The notes under the pieces were generated by a model, which did no database searches, was not told the origin of the DNA, and was given only the letters and a program-made list of their open reading frames with translations. A program made the position numbers and the translations under genes. Shown here piece after piece: positions 1 to 8,664 of a stretch of DNA of 64,000 bases; position 1 is the first letter of the stretch, and the number at the start of each line of letters is the position of its first letter. Source of the DNA: Escherichia phage HMD-9; the sequence record PV287714.1; one strand, written 5' to 3'.

Positions 1-409
1 CGACGATCTGTTTGAAACTGGCGTATGACATTCCGATAAGCTGTTCAAATTCTGCTTGGAAATCTTTACTGCTGGCAGATTCATTAAGACGTGTACCGTT
101 AACGGTGATTTCGAAAACATTTGGTTTTTGTCCTCTTTTGATATAGTACTTTTTCTCATCATATTCCATCCACAGTTCAACTAAAAGCTCTTTCTTATTT
201 GTGCTGTTTATTAATTGGCCTTTCTTTACATCACGGAATGGCTTGCCAAAAAGCCCAAATGTGATGGCTTCTAACATAGTAGACTTACCACCACCATTTC
301 GTCCAGTAATAAGAGTTTTTTGAACCTTATCTAATTGAATGTCAATAGGATTTCCACCTACTGACATTATATTTTGATACCTAACTCGGTTTAGTTTAAA
401 ATTCTTCAC
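1..409 (-). CDS. 46: recombination endonuclease subunit gp46 (SbcC/Rad50-like ATPase), N-terminal 136 codons; gene continues past window start
   Basis: Manual translation VKNFKLNRVRYQNIMSVGGNPIDIQ...GRNGGGKST (Walker A); GTG start at 409 overlaps upstream stop (GTGA); lies downstream of 47 as in T4. Confidence 0.88.
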   Translation of the reverse strand, partial: MKNFKLNRVRYQNIMSVGGNPIDIQLDKVQKTLITGRNGGGKSTMLEAITFGLFGKPFRDVKKGQLINSTNKKELLVELWMEYDEKKYYIKRGQKPNVFEITVNGTRLNESASSKDFQAEFEQLIGMSYASFKQIV

Positions 410-669
410 AAAAGATTCCTTTTAATGTATCTTTTAGACCATTCTATCATATCATCATAATCTAAAAAGTATTCATCAAATTCAGCCATGCAAACAACAC
501 CTTGTGCTGCTTTTGATGTGATATAAATTATTCCAACATATCTAGAATCTTCTTCGGTGTAATCAATATTTGCTATGAATTCATCGTTAATGTCAAATGT
601 CGAAAACTTCACAGTATGCATCCTTAATACAAGATACAGCCATATCTTGTAATGATTTAGGTGTGTCAT
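406..669 (-). CDS. small hypothetical protein (46.x-like); start uncertain (alternative ATG at 621)
   Basis: ORF track 87 aa; stop overlaps gp46 start; sits between 47 and 46. Confidence 0.45.
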   Translation of the reverse strand: MTHLNHYKIWLYLVLRMHTVKFSTFDINDEFIANIDYTEEDSRYVGIIYITSKAAQGVVCMAEFDEYFLDYDDMIEWSKRYIKRNLL

Positions 670-856
670 TATCTAAAATGTTGAAGTTAAAAGATACCGC
701 CCAGTCAGTGCAGACCGTGACCTTTTTAATACAATTATCTTCAACCTCTAGTGGTTCAAACCAATATTCAATAATTTCTTTATGCCCAATATCATCTTTT
801 ACTTCGCATTCAAAATGCTGACTCATCATAACATTTTTAAATTCATCAAAAGTCAT
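593..856 (-). CDS. small hypothetical protein (46.x-like)
   Basis: ORF track 87 aa; ATG overlaps gp47 stop (ATGA coupling). Confidence 0.5.
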   Translation of the reverse strand: MTFDEFKNVMMSQHFECEVKDDIGHKEIIEYWFEPLEVEDNCIKKVTVCTDWAVSFNFNILDNDTPKSLQDMAVSCIKDAYCEVFDI

Positions 857-1872
857 TGTGTTGCCTCTACATATAACTGATTTGCATATTGAATAAGTGC
901 TTCACGGTCAGAATCAGTGATGTCTGGAATTGCATTAATGTATTCTTCCATCAACGTCTGAAGAGATTGAACTTCAACTTCTTCACTATCATCTGACTCG
1001 ACAGAGTTATCAATCTTTGACACAACTCGTAATGAATGCACAACTTTTTCTAGTTCAGATTCGAACTTCGTTAGATTTTTGTCTACTTCAGTTACTATAA
1101 CACGTACTGATAGATTTGTAAAATCTTTATAGTCAATTTTTCCCTTAAATGGATATTGAATTCGACGATGCCAGGTAGTGTTGTTTGGAATAAATTCCAT
1201 TCGTTCTGTTTCTGTATCAAACATCCAGAACCCACGAGGGTCATTCTCGTCACCTGCAGTTAGTGTCCATGGTGTCCCAATATATCTGACGTTAGCAGCC
1301 TCAGAGATAGTATGGAAGTGACCAGACCACACTTCTTTGTAAGTCTTAAGGAAATCAGGTTCAAGACCGTGAGATTTCATTCCTTTATAAAAATAAAATC
1401 CATTCAGTTCCCAGTGACCGACACAAAAAGAAGCAGATGAAGTTTTAATATGTTCAAGAATTTCACCGGTATTTTCTTCACACATCCAAGGAATTAAATC
1501 AATCAAACATCCGTCAAAATCTACAGTAGTAGGCTTATCATATACTTTAACATTAGGATATTTAGCCAAAAGCTCAGTAGAAGCATTTGGATGCATTACA
1601 TTTTTGTAGTGAAGATCGTGATTTCCTACAATAGTATGTAATGTGATTCCAGCGTCATCAAGCATTTGAACTATTTCACGGGCGAATTCCATAGTTTTAT
1701 GTGTGATTGCTTTTCGCACATCAAAAATATCACCATATTGAATCCATACAGTAATTCCATTTTTCTTAGAATATTCTATCGCTTGCTTAATTCCATCAAT
1801 TTGAATACCGCGAATCCACTCATCATCAGCTTTAACGCCTAAATGCCAATCACCCAAGTTTAGTATTTTCAT
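853..1872 (-). CDS. 47: recombination nuclease subunit gp47 (Mre11-like metallophosphoesterase)
   Basis: 339 aa; phosphoesterase motifs GDWHLG, GDIFD, GNHD, GHFH; T4 synteny 47-46. Confidence 0.93.
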   Translation of the reverse strand: MKILNLGDWHLGVKADDEWIRGIQIDGIKQAIEYSKKNGITVWIQYGDIFDVRKAITHKTMEFAREIVQMLDDAGITLHTIVGNHDLHYKNVMHPNASTELLAKYPNVKVYDKPTTVDFDGCLIDLIPWMCEENTGEILEHIKTSSASFCVGHWELNGFYFYKGMKSHGLEPDFLKTYKEVWSGHFHTISEAANVRYIGTPWTLTAGDENDPRGFWMFDTETERMEFIPNNTTWHRRIQYPFKGKIDYKDFTNLSVRVIVTEVDKNLTKFESELEKVVHSLRVVSKIDNSVESDDSEEVEVQSLQTLMEEYINAIPDITDSDREALIQYANQLYVEATQ

Positions 1873-2473
1873 GGTGTCTTTTCCATCCTAATTTAGCTGC
1901 TTTTGAAACCAGTTCTTTAATTTTTCCTTTTGTCCATTCAGGACCAGGAGGTTCATGACATAACATTTGCTTAACTCCGTTATTATACCATTTTTTACCT
2001 TTATTATGTGATGAAGCTTTAAATTTATTTGACCTTCCTTTTACATAACCTTCTGGAATATAAGGCAAAAAGGCAGATTTTCCTGTTAATGGATCATGTG
2101 AATGTATATTTCCTTTACAATTATGAGAACCATATAATGGATGATTTTGTCCTTTATTATCTCTTCCAAATGAACCTTTTGGAGCAGCATATGACATATT
2201 AAAGAATAATGGATTTTTAACTGCATCATGCAATCGTTGATAATATAACTCGCATTTAATAGCTTCTTCACGCGTATCAAATTCAGCTAAAATGCATGAA
2301 TCAAATAAGTGAGGATTATCTGAAAGCTCTTTATTATAAATTTTCTTATACTTTTTAGATAAAACTGAACCATGATATCCAGCTAAATGCCTATCTAAAG
2401 ACGTAGATCCAATATAAAAAGGAGGAAGTTTATCTCCACTATATATTGTTAAATAAGTTATATATTTTTTCAT
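1850..2473 (-). CDS. GIY-YIG family endonuclease-like protein (seg-like homing endonuclease candidate)
   Basis: 207 aa; N-terminal TIY-x8-YIGST, Arg/Glu/Asn in GIY-YIG spacing; C-terminal GxxHSxxxK-type repeats and KKWYNNG motif typical of homing-endonuclease DNA-binding modules. Confidence 0.6.
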   Translation of the reverse strand: MKKYITYLTIYSGDKLPPFYIGSTSLDRHLAGYHGSVLSKKYKKIYNKELSDNPHLFDSCILAEFDTREEAIKCELYYQRLHDAVKNPLFFNMSYAAPKGSFGRDNKGQNHPLYGSHNCKGNIHSHDPLTGKSAFLPYIPEGYVKGRSNKFKASSHNKGKKWYNNGVKQMLCHEPPGPEWTKGKIKELVSKAAKLGWKRHHENTKLG

Positions 2474-2610
2474 ATATCAAGAACCGTCATTGAAATGCAA
2501 AATAAAATTATTGAAATAAATCCATCTGGAGTGCTAAAGAACCCAATCCAACATGCTCTAGTGAATAGATAAAATGCGAGAAAAAGTATCACATATCCAA
2601 GAAATATCAT
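2470..2610 (-). CDS. small hydrophobic ORF (46 aa, MIFLGYVILFLAFYLF...), translationally coupled to the GIY-YIG-like gene
   Basis: Manual translation; GGAG RBS upstream; TGA overlaps downstream ATG (ATGA); below the 60-aa ORF-track cutoff. Confidence 0.3.
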   Translation of the reverse strand: MIFLGYVILFLAFYLFTRACWIGFFSTPDGFISIILFCISMTVLDI

Positions 2611-2629
2611 TATATCAAACTCCGTATAA

Positions 2630-2652
2630 AGCTAAAGGGCCGAAGCCCTTTA
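2630..2652 (-). terminator. GC stem-loop (GGGC-UUCG-GCCC) directly after a-gt stop; weak U-run
   Basis: Inverted repeat gggccgaagccc at 2637-2648. Confidence 0.4.
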
Positions 2653-3852
2653 TTTTGTAATAATGTCAAACTGCTCTTTAAAGCAGAAGCTTGAATCTTG
2701 ATGCTGATACAAAAATTCATAAGCTTTTTCACGTTCACGGTCATAAAGAGCTCGGTCAGATGACAGTTCTTTAATACGTTCAAATGTTGATTCCATGTCA
2801 TTTTCATCAAACCAAACGATACCGCTATCATGAGAAATTAATGGAGTATTATCAACACGGAATTTTAAATTTTCGCCCGTAGATTTCCAAAATACTGGAA
2901 TTGTTCCACATGCACCAAGCTCGAGATGAGTATATTCTAAAGAACGTTGTAGATATTTTTTATCTAATTTACTCAGCTGATAGCCAAATCCGGATTTACT
3001 CATGCGTTCAAGCATTTCGCTATTTACGTAACGGTCAAGAATTTGCGTTGGCAAATTAGGAGCAATTTTAATTTGGTCTACTTGATGAAGACGATAATAC
3101 TCGTATGGAATTCCTTTTTCTTTAATAGGAATGAATGCTGGAGAACGTTCCAGACCTTCCATAATAGTACTTAGTCCTGCAGGTTTAAGATGTTTTTCAT
3201 GAAAATCAAACATCTGATAAAAGCCTTTCCATGTAGTAGTACGACCAATCCAACGGTTGATATTCATGTTAATTTCAGAAACATCTTTCCAGTAGGTTGA
3301 TCGAACCTTCGCAATATCCATAGGAGGCTGAAAGTTATATACGGTCGGTGCTTCTTCAATATCATCAAACAGAGAAACAGTTTCCGGATACCATTCTTTC
3401 ATCAAAACTTTATTAAAGTCACCATTATCAGAATGGCTAAAAATAACATCAGCTCGACGAACAGTTTCTTCTAATCCCAAATTTCGACGCAAAGAAAGAG
3501 AAGAATGGTCATGCTGATAAACTACAACACGAACCGAAGGTTTAATGTTATCAATAATTTTTTTATAGTTATTAATGGTGTCTTCTTCTACTGAAGTAGC
3601 AGGAACTGAATTGATAATTAAAATATCGCAATCATTTACCAGTTTAAGTGTTTTATCGTATTCTTTTGCCAATAAAACCGGAATTGAAAATGACTTATAA
3701 TCATGTGCGCAATTACGAGTAAATGATTTATCTTTAGCATAAACCAAAGTTACTTCATGACCATTTTTAATAAACCAATCACGTTGCTCAAGAGAAAATT
3801 TAGTTACACCGCAACCTTCAAGACCTCGAGCCATAAAAATACATACTTTCAT
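2650..3852 (-). CDS. a-gt: DNA alpha-glucosyltransferase
   Basis: 400 aa; N-terminus MKVCIFMARGLEGCGVTKF matches recalled T4 a-gt; synteny between 47 and 55. Confidence 0.9.
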   Translation of the reverse strand: MKVCIFMARGLEGCGVTKFSLEQRDWFIKNGHEVTLVYAKDKSFTRNCAHDYKSFSIPVLLAKEYDKTLKLVNDCDILIINSVPATSVEEDTINNYKKIIDNIKPSVRVVVYQHDHSSLSLRRNLGLEETVRRADVIFSHSDNGDFNKVLMKEWYPETVSLFDDIEEAPTVYNFQPPMDIAKVRSTYWKDVSEINMNINRWIGRTTTWKGFYQMFDFHEKHLKPAGLSTIMEGLERSPAFIPIKEKGIPYEYYRLHQVDQIKIAPNLPTQILDRYVNSEMLERMSKSGFGYQLSKLDKKYLQRSLEYTHLELGACGTIPVFWKSTGENLKFRVDNTPLISHDSGIVWFDENDMESTFERIKELSSDRALYDREREKAYEFLYQHQDSSFCFKEQFDIITK

Positions 3853-4095
3853 TTAATATCCTCATTGTTTTGGTTTATTTTACCAAAAATTTATAAAGCA
3901 ATATAGGAGCCGAAGCTCCTATCCGCATAATACGCCATACAGAGGCTCATTAGAGCTTCTAAATTTTATACGCTTATATGTTATAGTTCCTTCTGCTTTA
4001 GCTTTATCATGAGACTCTTTAAAGCGTCTCATCATTTCTACTTTAGAGGAACGAATTTTATTATAATCTATTTCAGAAGTCTGGGTGTTCATCTT

Positions 4096-4302
4096 TCACA
4101 GTTGCCACCATTTTTTGACTTGATAAGAATCAACCCACACTTTCATATTAGGGTCTGCTCTTACAATAGGAGGATTAACTTCTTTAATTGAACTATCATG
4201 GTATTCTTTTTCAGAAATTTTCACGCAAAGATGACCATTCAAAGATTCAGTAAATCCTGCATTAATTTTAAGACGCTTGAATTTTACGCGTGTAAGCATC
4301 AA
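4096..4302 (-). CDS. hypothetical small protein
   Basis: ORF track 68 aa; overlaps neighbour by 35 nt. Confidence 0.35.
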   Translation of the reverse strand: MMLTRVKFKRLKINAGFTESLNGHLCVKISEKEYHDSSIKEVNPPIVRADPNMKVWVDSYQVKKWWQL

Positions 4303-4585
4303 TCATATCCTCAATCTGCGATCTAGTAGTCTTCCAAAGAATACTAATGAGTTCATCGTTATATGGCTGTTTTAGAATATCCCGACTTTTCTTGATAGCA
4401 TATTCGTATTGAGCGAAATTATTGTTTTCAGCTGCAATCTGAGCGTGCTTATAAAGACGGTTCAGTTCGCGTTTGTTTTTAGACAATAACTTATTTGCTT
4501 TTCTTTCTGCTTCAAGACGGTTCTTTTCTTCAATAGAAGAAATAAGCTTTTCCACTTCATCATTAATTTCGGGTTTATCAGTCAT
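4268..4585 (-). CDS. hypothetical protein
   Basis: ORF track 105 aa, lysine-rich helical. Confidence 0.5.
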   Translation of the reverse strand: MTDKPEINDEVEKLISSIEEKNRLEAERKANKLLSKNKRELNRLYKHAQIAAENNNFAQYEYAIKKSRDILKQPYNDELISILWKTTRSQIEDMIDAYTRKIQAS

Positions 4586-4586
4586 A

Positions 4587-4805
4587 TTATTTCTCTAATA
4601 TAAAATAAAAATCATCATCTGTTAAATGATACCGATAGTTTAATTCTACACCATTAGATTTAAAAGCGGTATCATACGGATTTTCTGGATCAATATCAAT
4701 GTCAAGAGCTAAAACTTCCCTGAGATACATTTTAAGTAAATAGGGAATAGCTTCAACTTCAGGTATTTCTTCCAAGAATCCGGAGAGGTTAATCGTTAGC
4801 CTCAT
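4587..4805 (-). CDS. hypothetical protein
   Basis: ORF track 72 aa, directly downstream of gene 55. Confidence 0.45.
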
Positions 4806-5346
4806 ATAAAAAATCCAAACTAGGAGAATCGTCTACAACACTTTTCTTTTCAGCCCCTGGTGTTCTATAGGTTGATTCTTCGTAATGCGTCATTTTATCG
4901 TAGATGTCTTGAATAAAAGTTTCATCTACTAACGCAACCATATCGTCGTCACGACTGTCATAGACATTGTGAACGAAGTAACTGTATTTCTTTGCAACTT
5001 CCTTACGTTCTTTTTTAATACGTTGGACGAATGCATTAAAACAAGCTTGAGTTATATATGCATGTGGGTTTTTATATTTCGTTTCATCAAAATTATGAAG
5101 CCCCTTAATAGAAGCTTCTATACCATCTGCAATCATTTCTTGTTTCCAGGATTGGGTGTATCCTGAAAAGTTGAAACGTTTAGATAAGCCTTCTGCAATA
5201 AGCATAATGGCTAATCCGATAGTATCATTCTGACGAACTACTTTATTTGGGTCTTTATTATTTGCTAATTCTGTTTTCCAATCAATAATAGCTTGTAAAA
5301 GCTCTTTATTGTTTACGTAATTATATTTAGGCTTAGTTTCTGACAT
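4789..5346 (-). CDS. 55: late-transcription sigma factor gp55
   Basis: [24 protein letters not shown]... matches recalled T4 gp55; 185 aa from ATG at 5346. Confidence 0.9.
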
Positions 5347-5424
5347 TTTCACCTCTTAGCTCAATTCATAGATCTATTATATCATAATATTTGAAGATCT
5401 ATCTTAAAGCATAGAGGATATCAG

Positions 5425-5694
5425 TTATCTAAGTAAACAGTATGCTTGGAACACTTTCTCCATCATCTTTTTAAATTCATGAATATCTATGTAATGACTA
5501 GTTAAATCAGCATGATATAAAAAGTCTAAAAACTTTTCATGTGTGCTAACATATTCACTTTCATTTAATTCAGAAACATGGCTTTCCCAATATCCAACAC
5601 CAGTCTTATTTGGGAAAAATGAAATTTTCATATATTGGTCAACATAGAAAATTCCATAATTTTCAATAGTAATAGAAATATTAATAAATTTCAT
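5425..5694 (-). CDS. hypothetical protein
   Basis: ORF track 89 aa; ATGA overlap with upstream ORF. Confidence 0.5.
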   Translation of the reverse strand: MKFINISITIENYGIFYVDQYMKISFFPNKTGVGYWESHVSELNESEYVSTHEKFLDFLYHADLTSHYIDIHEFKKMMEKVFQAYCLLR

Positions 5695-5906
5695 ACATTC
5701 ATCAACTTAGCCGCTTCAAGAGCTGCATCTAGTGAATCAAATTGGTCAACGTATTCAATCAATTCGCCATAATTAGCGTATAACCACCATTGGCTAAATT
5801 CATACTCAAGGATGAATCCATTTCCTTCAATTTGAGTTAAACCAATGCCATTTGTATTTACTTCGTATCCGGCAAGACGCAAATCATTGATAAGAGATTC
5901 ATTCAT
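5691..5906 (-). CDS. hypothetical protein
   Basis: ORF track 71 aa. Confidence 0.5.
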   Translation of the reverse strand: MNESLINDLRLAGYEVNTNGIGLTQIEGNGFILEYEFSQWWLYANYGELIEYVDQFDSLDAALEAAKLMNV

Positions 5907-5908
5907 AA

Positions 5909-6235
5909 TTATGCCTTAGTAATTTTCAGATCAGCAAATTTTTTCTTGCGTTGATTTTTCATACGACGAATAGTTTTATCAGAAATTTCATGCTTTTGAT
6001 AAGCTTTAGATTCTACGCCAAAAGCTTTAACATCAAATTCTGACAAGATATATTGAACCAACAATTCACGGACAGTATTGCGTCCAATTTTCTGATCATT
6101 CTGTTTCATCGTCTGATGAAGCTCTTTTTCCCATTTATCCAAAATTTGAGGAGTTACAATATCGCCTTTTTCTAGCAGAGAAACTACTTTATCATATGCG
6201 TAAGAATTGATAGCGTTTTTAATTTGAATAGTCAT
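5909..6235 (-). CDS. hypothetical protein
   Basis: ORF track 108 aa, basic C-terminus. Confidence 0.5.
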   Translation of the reverse strand: MTIQIKNAINSYAYDKVVSLLEKGDIVTPQILDKWEKELHQTMKQNDQKIGRNTVRELLVQYILSEFDVKAFGVESKAYQKHEISDKTIRRMKNQRKKKFADLKITKA

Positions 6236-6268
6236 ACATTATCCTCAATTGCATTAAAATTTTATTAT

Positions 6269-6287
6269 CCAAAAAGGGCCGAAGCCC
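6269..6287 (-). terminator. rho-independent terminator (GGGC-UUCG-GCCC stem, U5 run)
   Basis: gggccgaagccc at 6276-6287 followed on minus strand by UUUUU; directly after the stop at 6288. Confidence 0.6.
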
Positions 6288-6488
6288 TTATTTAAATTGT
6301 TTGGCACCCTTCCAGCCTTCGTACATCATTGCGGCTGATATTAATATTGCCCCTGAACAGCTTGAATATTTGTGATTCCAAAACCAGTTCAGAAAAACTT
6401 CGTCATCAATACCTTGGGCTATCATATTTTCAAAGAACTGACGACGAGCTTCGGCAATTCGTTGTGATAATTTAGATTCAGGATTCAT
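6288..6488 (-). CDS. hypothetical protein
   Basis: ORF track 66 aa. Confidence 0.5.
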   Translation of the reverse strand: MNPESKLSQRIAEARRQFFENMIAQGIDDEVFLNWFWNHKYSSCSGAILISAAMMYEGWKGAKQFK

Positions 6489-6620
6489 TTAAATTTTCCA
6501 GTTACCATTTTCATCAATGAATTTAATCCAGTCATTTACTGACCACTTGGTCGTATCGCCTTTTGGAGCAACATTTAAAGTGTATAATCCTTGTTTAAAA
6601 AGCATTCGTTTGATATTCAT
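6489..6620 (-). CDS. hypothetical small protein (start placed at internal ATG after upstream stop)
   Basis: ORF track frame 6489..6704; ATG at 6620 follows the upstream stop at 6628. Confidence 0.4.
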   Translation of the reverse strand: MNIKRMLFKQGLYTLNVAPKGDTTKWSVNDWIKFIDENGNWKI

Positions 6621-6627
6621 ATTTTCC

Positions 6628-6921
6628 TCAGCTATAACGATAACACTCGTTTGATTTGCGCTTAGCAACTCGTTGAGAAGTATTGTAATCAAAATCGTCA
6701 TCAATGTAAACTGATTTTTTCAACTTTCTTACTTCACTGCGTAATTGACGATTTAGCTCATCTTTAACTTCTGAATCAATGCCTTTCATTCTACGCCATT
6801 TATCTGAGCGAAAAATGTTTTCAACCATATCTTTATGACTTACACCATCAGGAGCTTTACGCTTTCCGAAATAGTCATAATCACGTACTTTTAAATCTTT
6901 ACGACGATACGTTTTACCCAT
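6628..6921 (-). CDS. hypothetical basic protein
   Basis: ORF track frame 6628..6966; start taken at MGKTYRRKD. Confidence 0.45.
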   Translation of the reverse strand: MGKTYRRKDLKVRDYDYFGKRKAPDGVSHKDMVENIFRSDKWRRMKGIDSEVKDELNRQLRSEVRKLKKSVYIDDDFDYNTSQRVAKRKSNECYRYS

Positions 6922-7096
6922 GGAGTTTAATTTCCTTAGCAACTGAACTAAATACAGCACGGTCACAAATCATCTGTTTATGTAACTTAAGTATAAGATA
7001 ATAAACTTCAAAACCGTTTACGTAAGTAACACGAACAACATTACCATTAATAAAATAATATTGTCCCTTTTTAATTTCTTTATCAACCACAACCAT
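6914..7096 (-). CDS. hypothetical small protein
   Basis: ORF track 60 aa; early promoter immediately upstream. Confidence 0.45.
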   Translation of the reverse strand: MVVVDKEIKKGQYYFINGNVVRVTYVNGFEVYYLILKLHKQMICDRAVFSSVAKEIKLHG

Positions 7097-7126
7097 ATCA
7101 AATCCTCAAAGGCAATTCATATGTTA

Positions 7127-7156
7127 ATAATACCATAGTTTGAACTTCTTGTAAAC
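7127..7156 (-). promoter_or_regulatory. T4-type early promoter (GTTTAC-N18-TATTAT)
   Basis: Reverse complement of 7127-7156 reads GTTTACaagaagttcaaactatggTATTAT. Confidence 0.55.
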
Positions 7157-7230
7157 AACTTTGTGAAAACTATTTTAGGGAATGATAAGAAGGGAACGAT
7201 AGCTTAGAATGGTAATATACAGAATGTGAG

Positions 7231-7251
7231 AAAGAAAGGCCCAGAGGGCCC
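7231..7251 (-). terminator. rho-independent terminator after nrdH
   Basis: GGCCC-aga-GGGCC stem followed by UUUCUUUCU on minus strand. Confidence 0.55.
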
Positions 7252-7254
7252 GTC

Positions 7255-7578
7255 TTAGTCTTCTATGATATCTCTATCATATCCAAGTGAAATGAGAGTT
7301 TCTTTGAAGTGTTTAATGTTCTTTTGTCTAGAATCATTGATGAAAATGACTGGATAACGAATGTTAAGAGATGTGAATCCAGCGCGTTTAGCAAGAGATA
7401 CAATCAGCGGACGATCATACTCAATCTTACCATTATTTGTAAGAACTTTATAGAAAGTAAAAGGAGCATTGAGCTCCTTTAGAAGTTTTGTAACTGATTG
7501 ACATCCAGGACAACGACCTACTTCATCTGGAATTCCATAGACTTCAATCTTATTCTTTAAGTTCGAGTTTTGTTCCAC
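7255..7578 (-). CDS. nrdH: NrdH-like glutaredoxin/thioredoxin-fold redoxin
   Basis: CPGC active-site motif; ORF track frame 7255..7707, start placed at GTG 7578 near upstream stop; position next to nrdG as in T4. Confidence 0.6.
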   Translation of the reverse strand: MEQNSNLKNKIEVYGIPDEVGRCPGCQSVTKLLKELNAPFTFYKVLTNNGKIEYDRPLIVSLAKRAGFTSLNIRYPVIFINDSRQKNIKHFKETLISLGYDRDIIED

Positions 7579-7861
7579 GAGAAATAATTCCTTGATAAGC
7601 CCAGTATGGCGGGTTAACAGAATCATCGCCAGAATTTTCTTCAGGAAAATAAACCTGGATAACAAATCCAGATGCATCAAAGGTAAAATAAACCGTAGGT
7701 AATTCACCTAACAATTCAGCACGGTTATTAATTTCTTCGAGTTCTCGTTCTCGTCCAGCCCAAAAACTAGGATTTAGATTACATTCATAGAAATAATAGT
7801 CATTACCGAACATATCAAAACCCTTCCAACTCTCTACCACATACCGCTCAAAACTAATCAT
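7550..7861 (-). CDS. hypothetical protein
   Basis: ORF track 103 aa. Confidence 0.5.
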   Translation of the reverse strand: MISFERYVVESWKGFDMFGNDYYFYECNLNPSFWAGRERELEEINNRAELLGELPTVYFTFDASGFVIQVYFPEENSGDDSVNPPYWAYQGIISRGTKLELKE

Positions 7862-7863
7862 AA

Positions 7864-8103
7864 TTAAGCCTTTTTATCAAGAACAGCATTCAGTTTGTTA
7901 GTAATTTTATCCAGACGCTCATTGAACTCGCTAGAAGACAGTCCTTTTTCTGGAGAAATTAAGCTAATCACGAAAAATATAGCAATAAAAGGAATAAGAA
8001 AAATAGCACCAACTGCCATAAACAAAAAGAACGTCACAGTTGTAAGAAAATCAGCTAAACCTTTACGAAATTTATACATATTTACCCTTAATTTATTAAC
8101 CAA
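7864..8103 (-). CDS. small membrane protein (one TM segment)
   Basis: ORF track 79 aa; hydrophobic stretch FFLFMAVGAIFLIPFIAIFFVISL. Confidence 0.5.
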   Translation of the reverse strand: MVNKLRVNMYKFRKGLADFLTTVTFFLFMAVGAIFLIPFIAIFFVISLISPEKGLSSSEFNERLDKITNKLNAVLDKKA

Positions 8104-8193
8104 GCATTGATAAGTACTAAACTATACTGCGAATAAAATTCTGGACCAAAATGAAAAATCATATCATTTATAGTATCAATAATATAATTCAGT

Positions 8194-8664
8194 TTAATCA
8201 TGTTTCCACACCCCATCGGTATTTGACCAAAGCCGCTGATTATCTGAACCTCGCCACAGCTTTTTGGTCGGAAGATTTTTCTCATACTTCCCATCAATAA
8301 TAACATCAACATATTTAAGCATTTCTAGTTGTTTAATATCTTCAAACTTATATCCTGTCCACAACCAAATGCTTTTATTCGGATAAAGATTTTTTACCGT
8401 TTGAACAATGCAATGAACATCATCTCGGTTATCAGGATAAAGAGGGTCTCCTCCAGTTATAGTTAATCCTTCTATATAATCATTATTCAAACATTCAATT
8501 AATTGTTCTAGTGTTTCACCAGTGAATGGAACGCCATTTCTAGCATTCCATGTTGATTTATTATAACACCCTTCACATTTATGCAAACACCCCGTAACGA
8601 AAAGAACGACCCTGCATCCAGGGCCATTTACAAAATCGCAGGGATAAAATCTATCGTAATTCAT
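8194..8664 (-). CDS. nrdG: anaerobic ribonucleotide reductase activating enzyme (radical SAM)
   Basis: 156 aa; CxxxCxxC cluster motif GCLHKCEGC; directly downstream of nrdD. Confidence 0.9.
   Translation of the reverse strand: MNYDRFYPCDFVNGPGCRVVLFVTGCLHKCEGCYNKSTWNARNGVPFTGETLEQLIECLNNDYIEGLTITGGDPLYPDNRDDVHCIVQTVKNLYPNKSIWLWTGYKFEDIKQLEMLKYVDVIIDGKYEKNLPTKKLWRGSDNQRLWSNTDGVWKHD

Noticed and set aside
2610-2831. 73-aa ORF overlapping the a-gt 3' end
   Set aside because: Mostly inside the a-gt coding frame on the same strand in another frame; the terminator hairpin lies within it; the short downstream hydrophobic ORF (2470..2610) fits the context better
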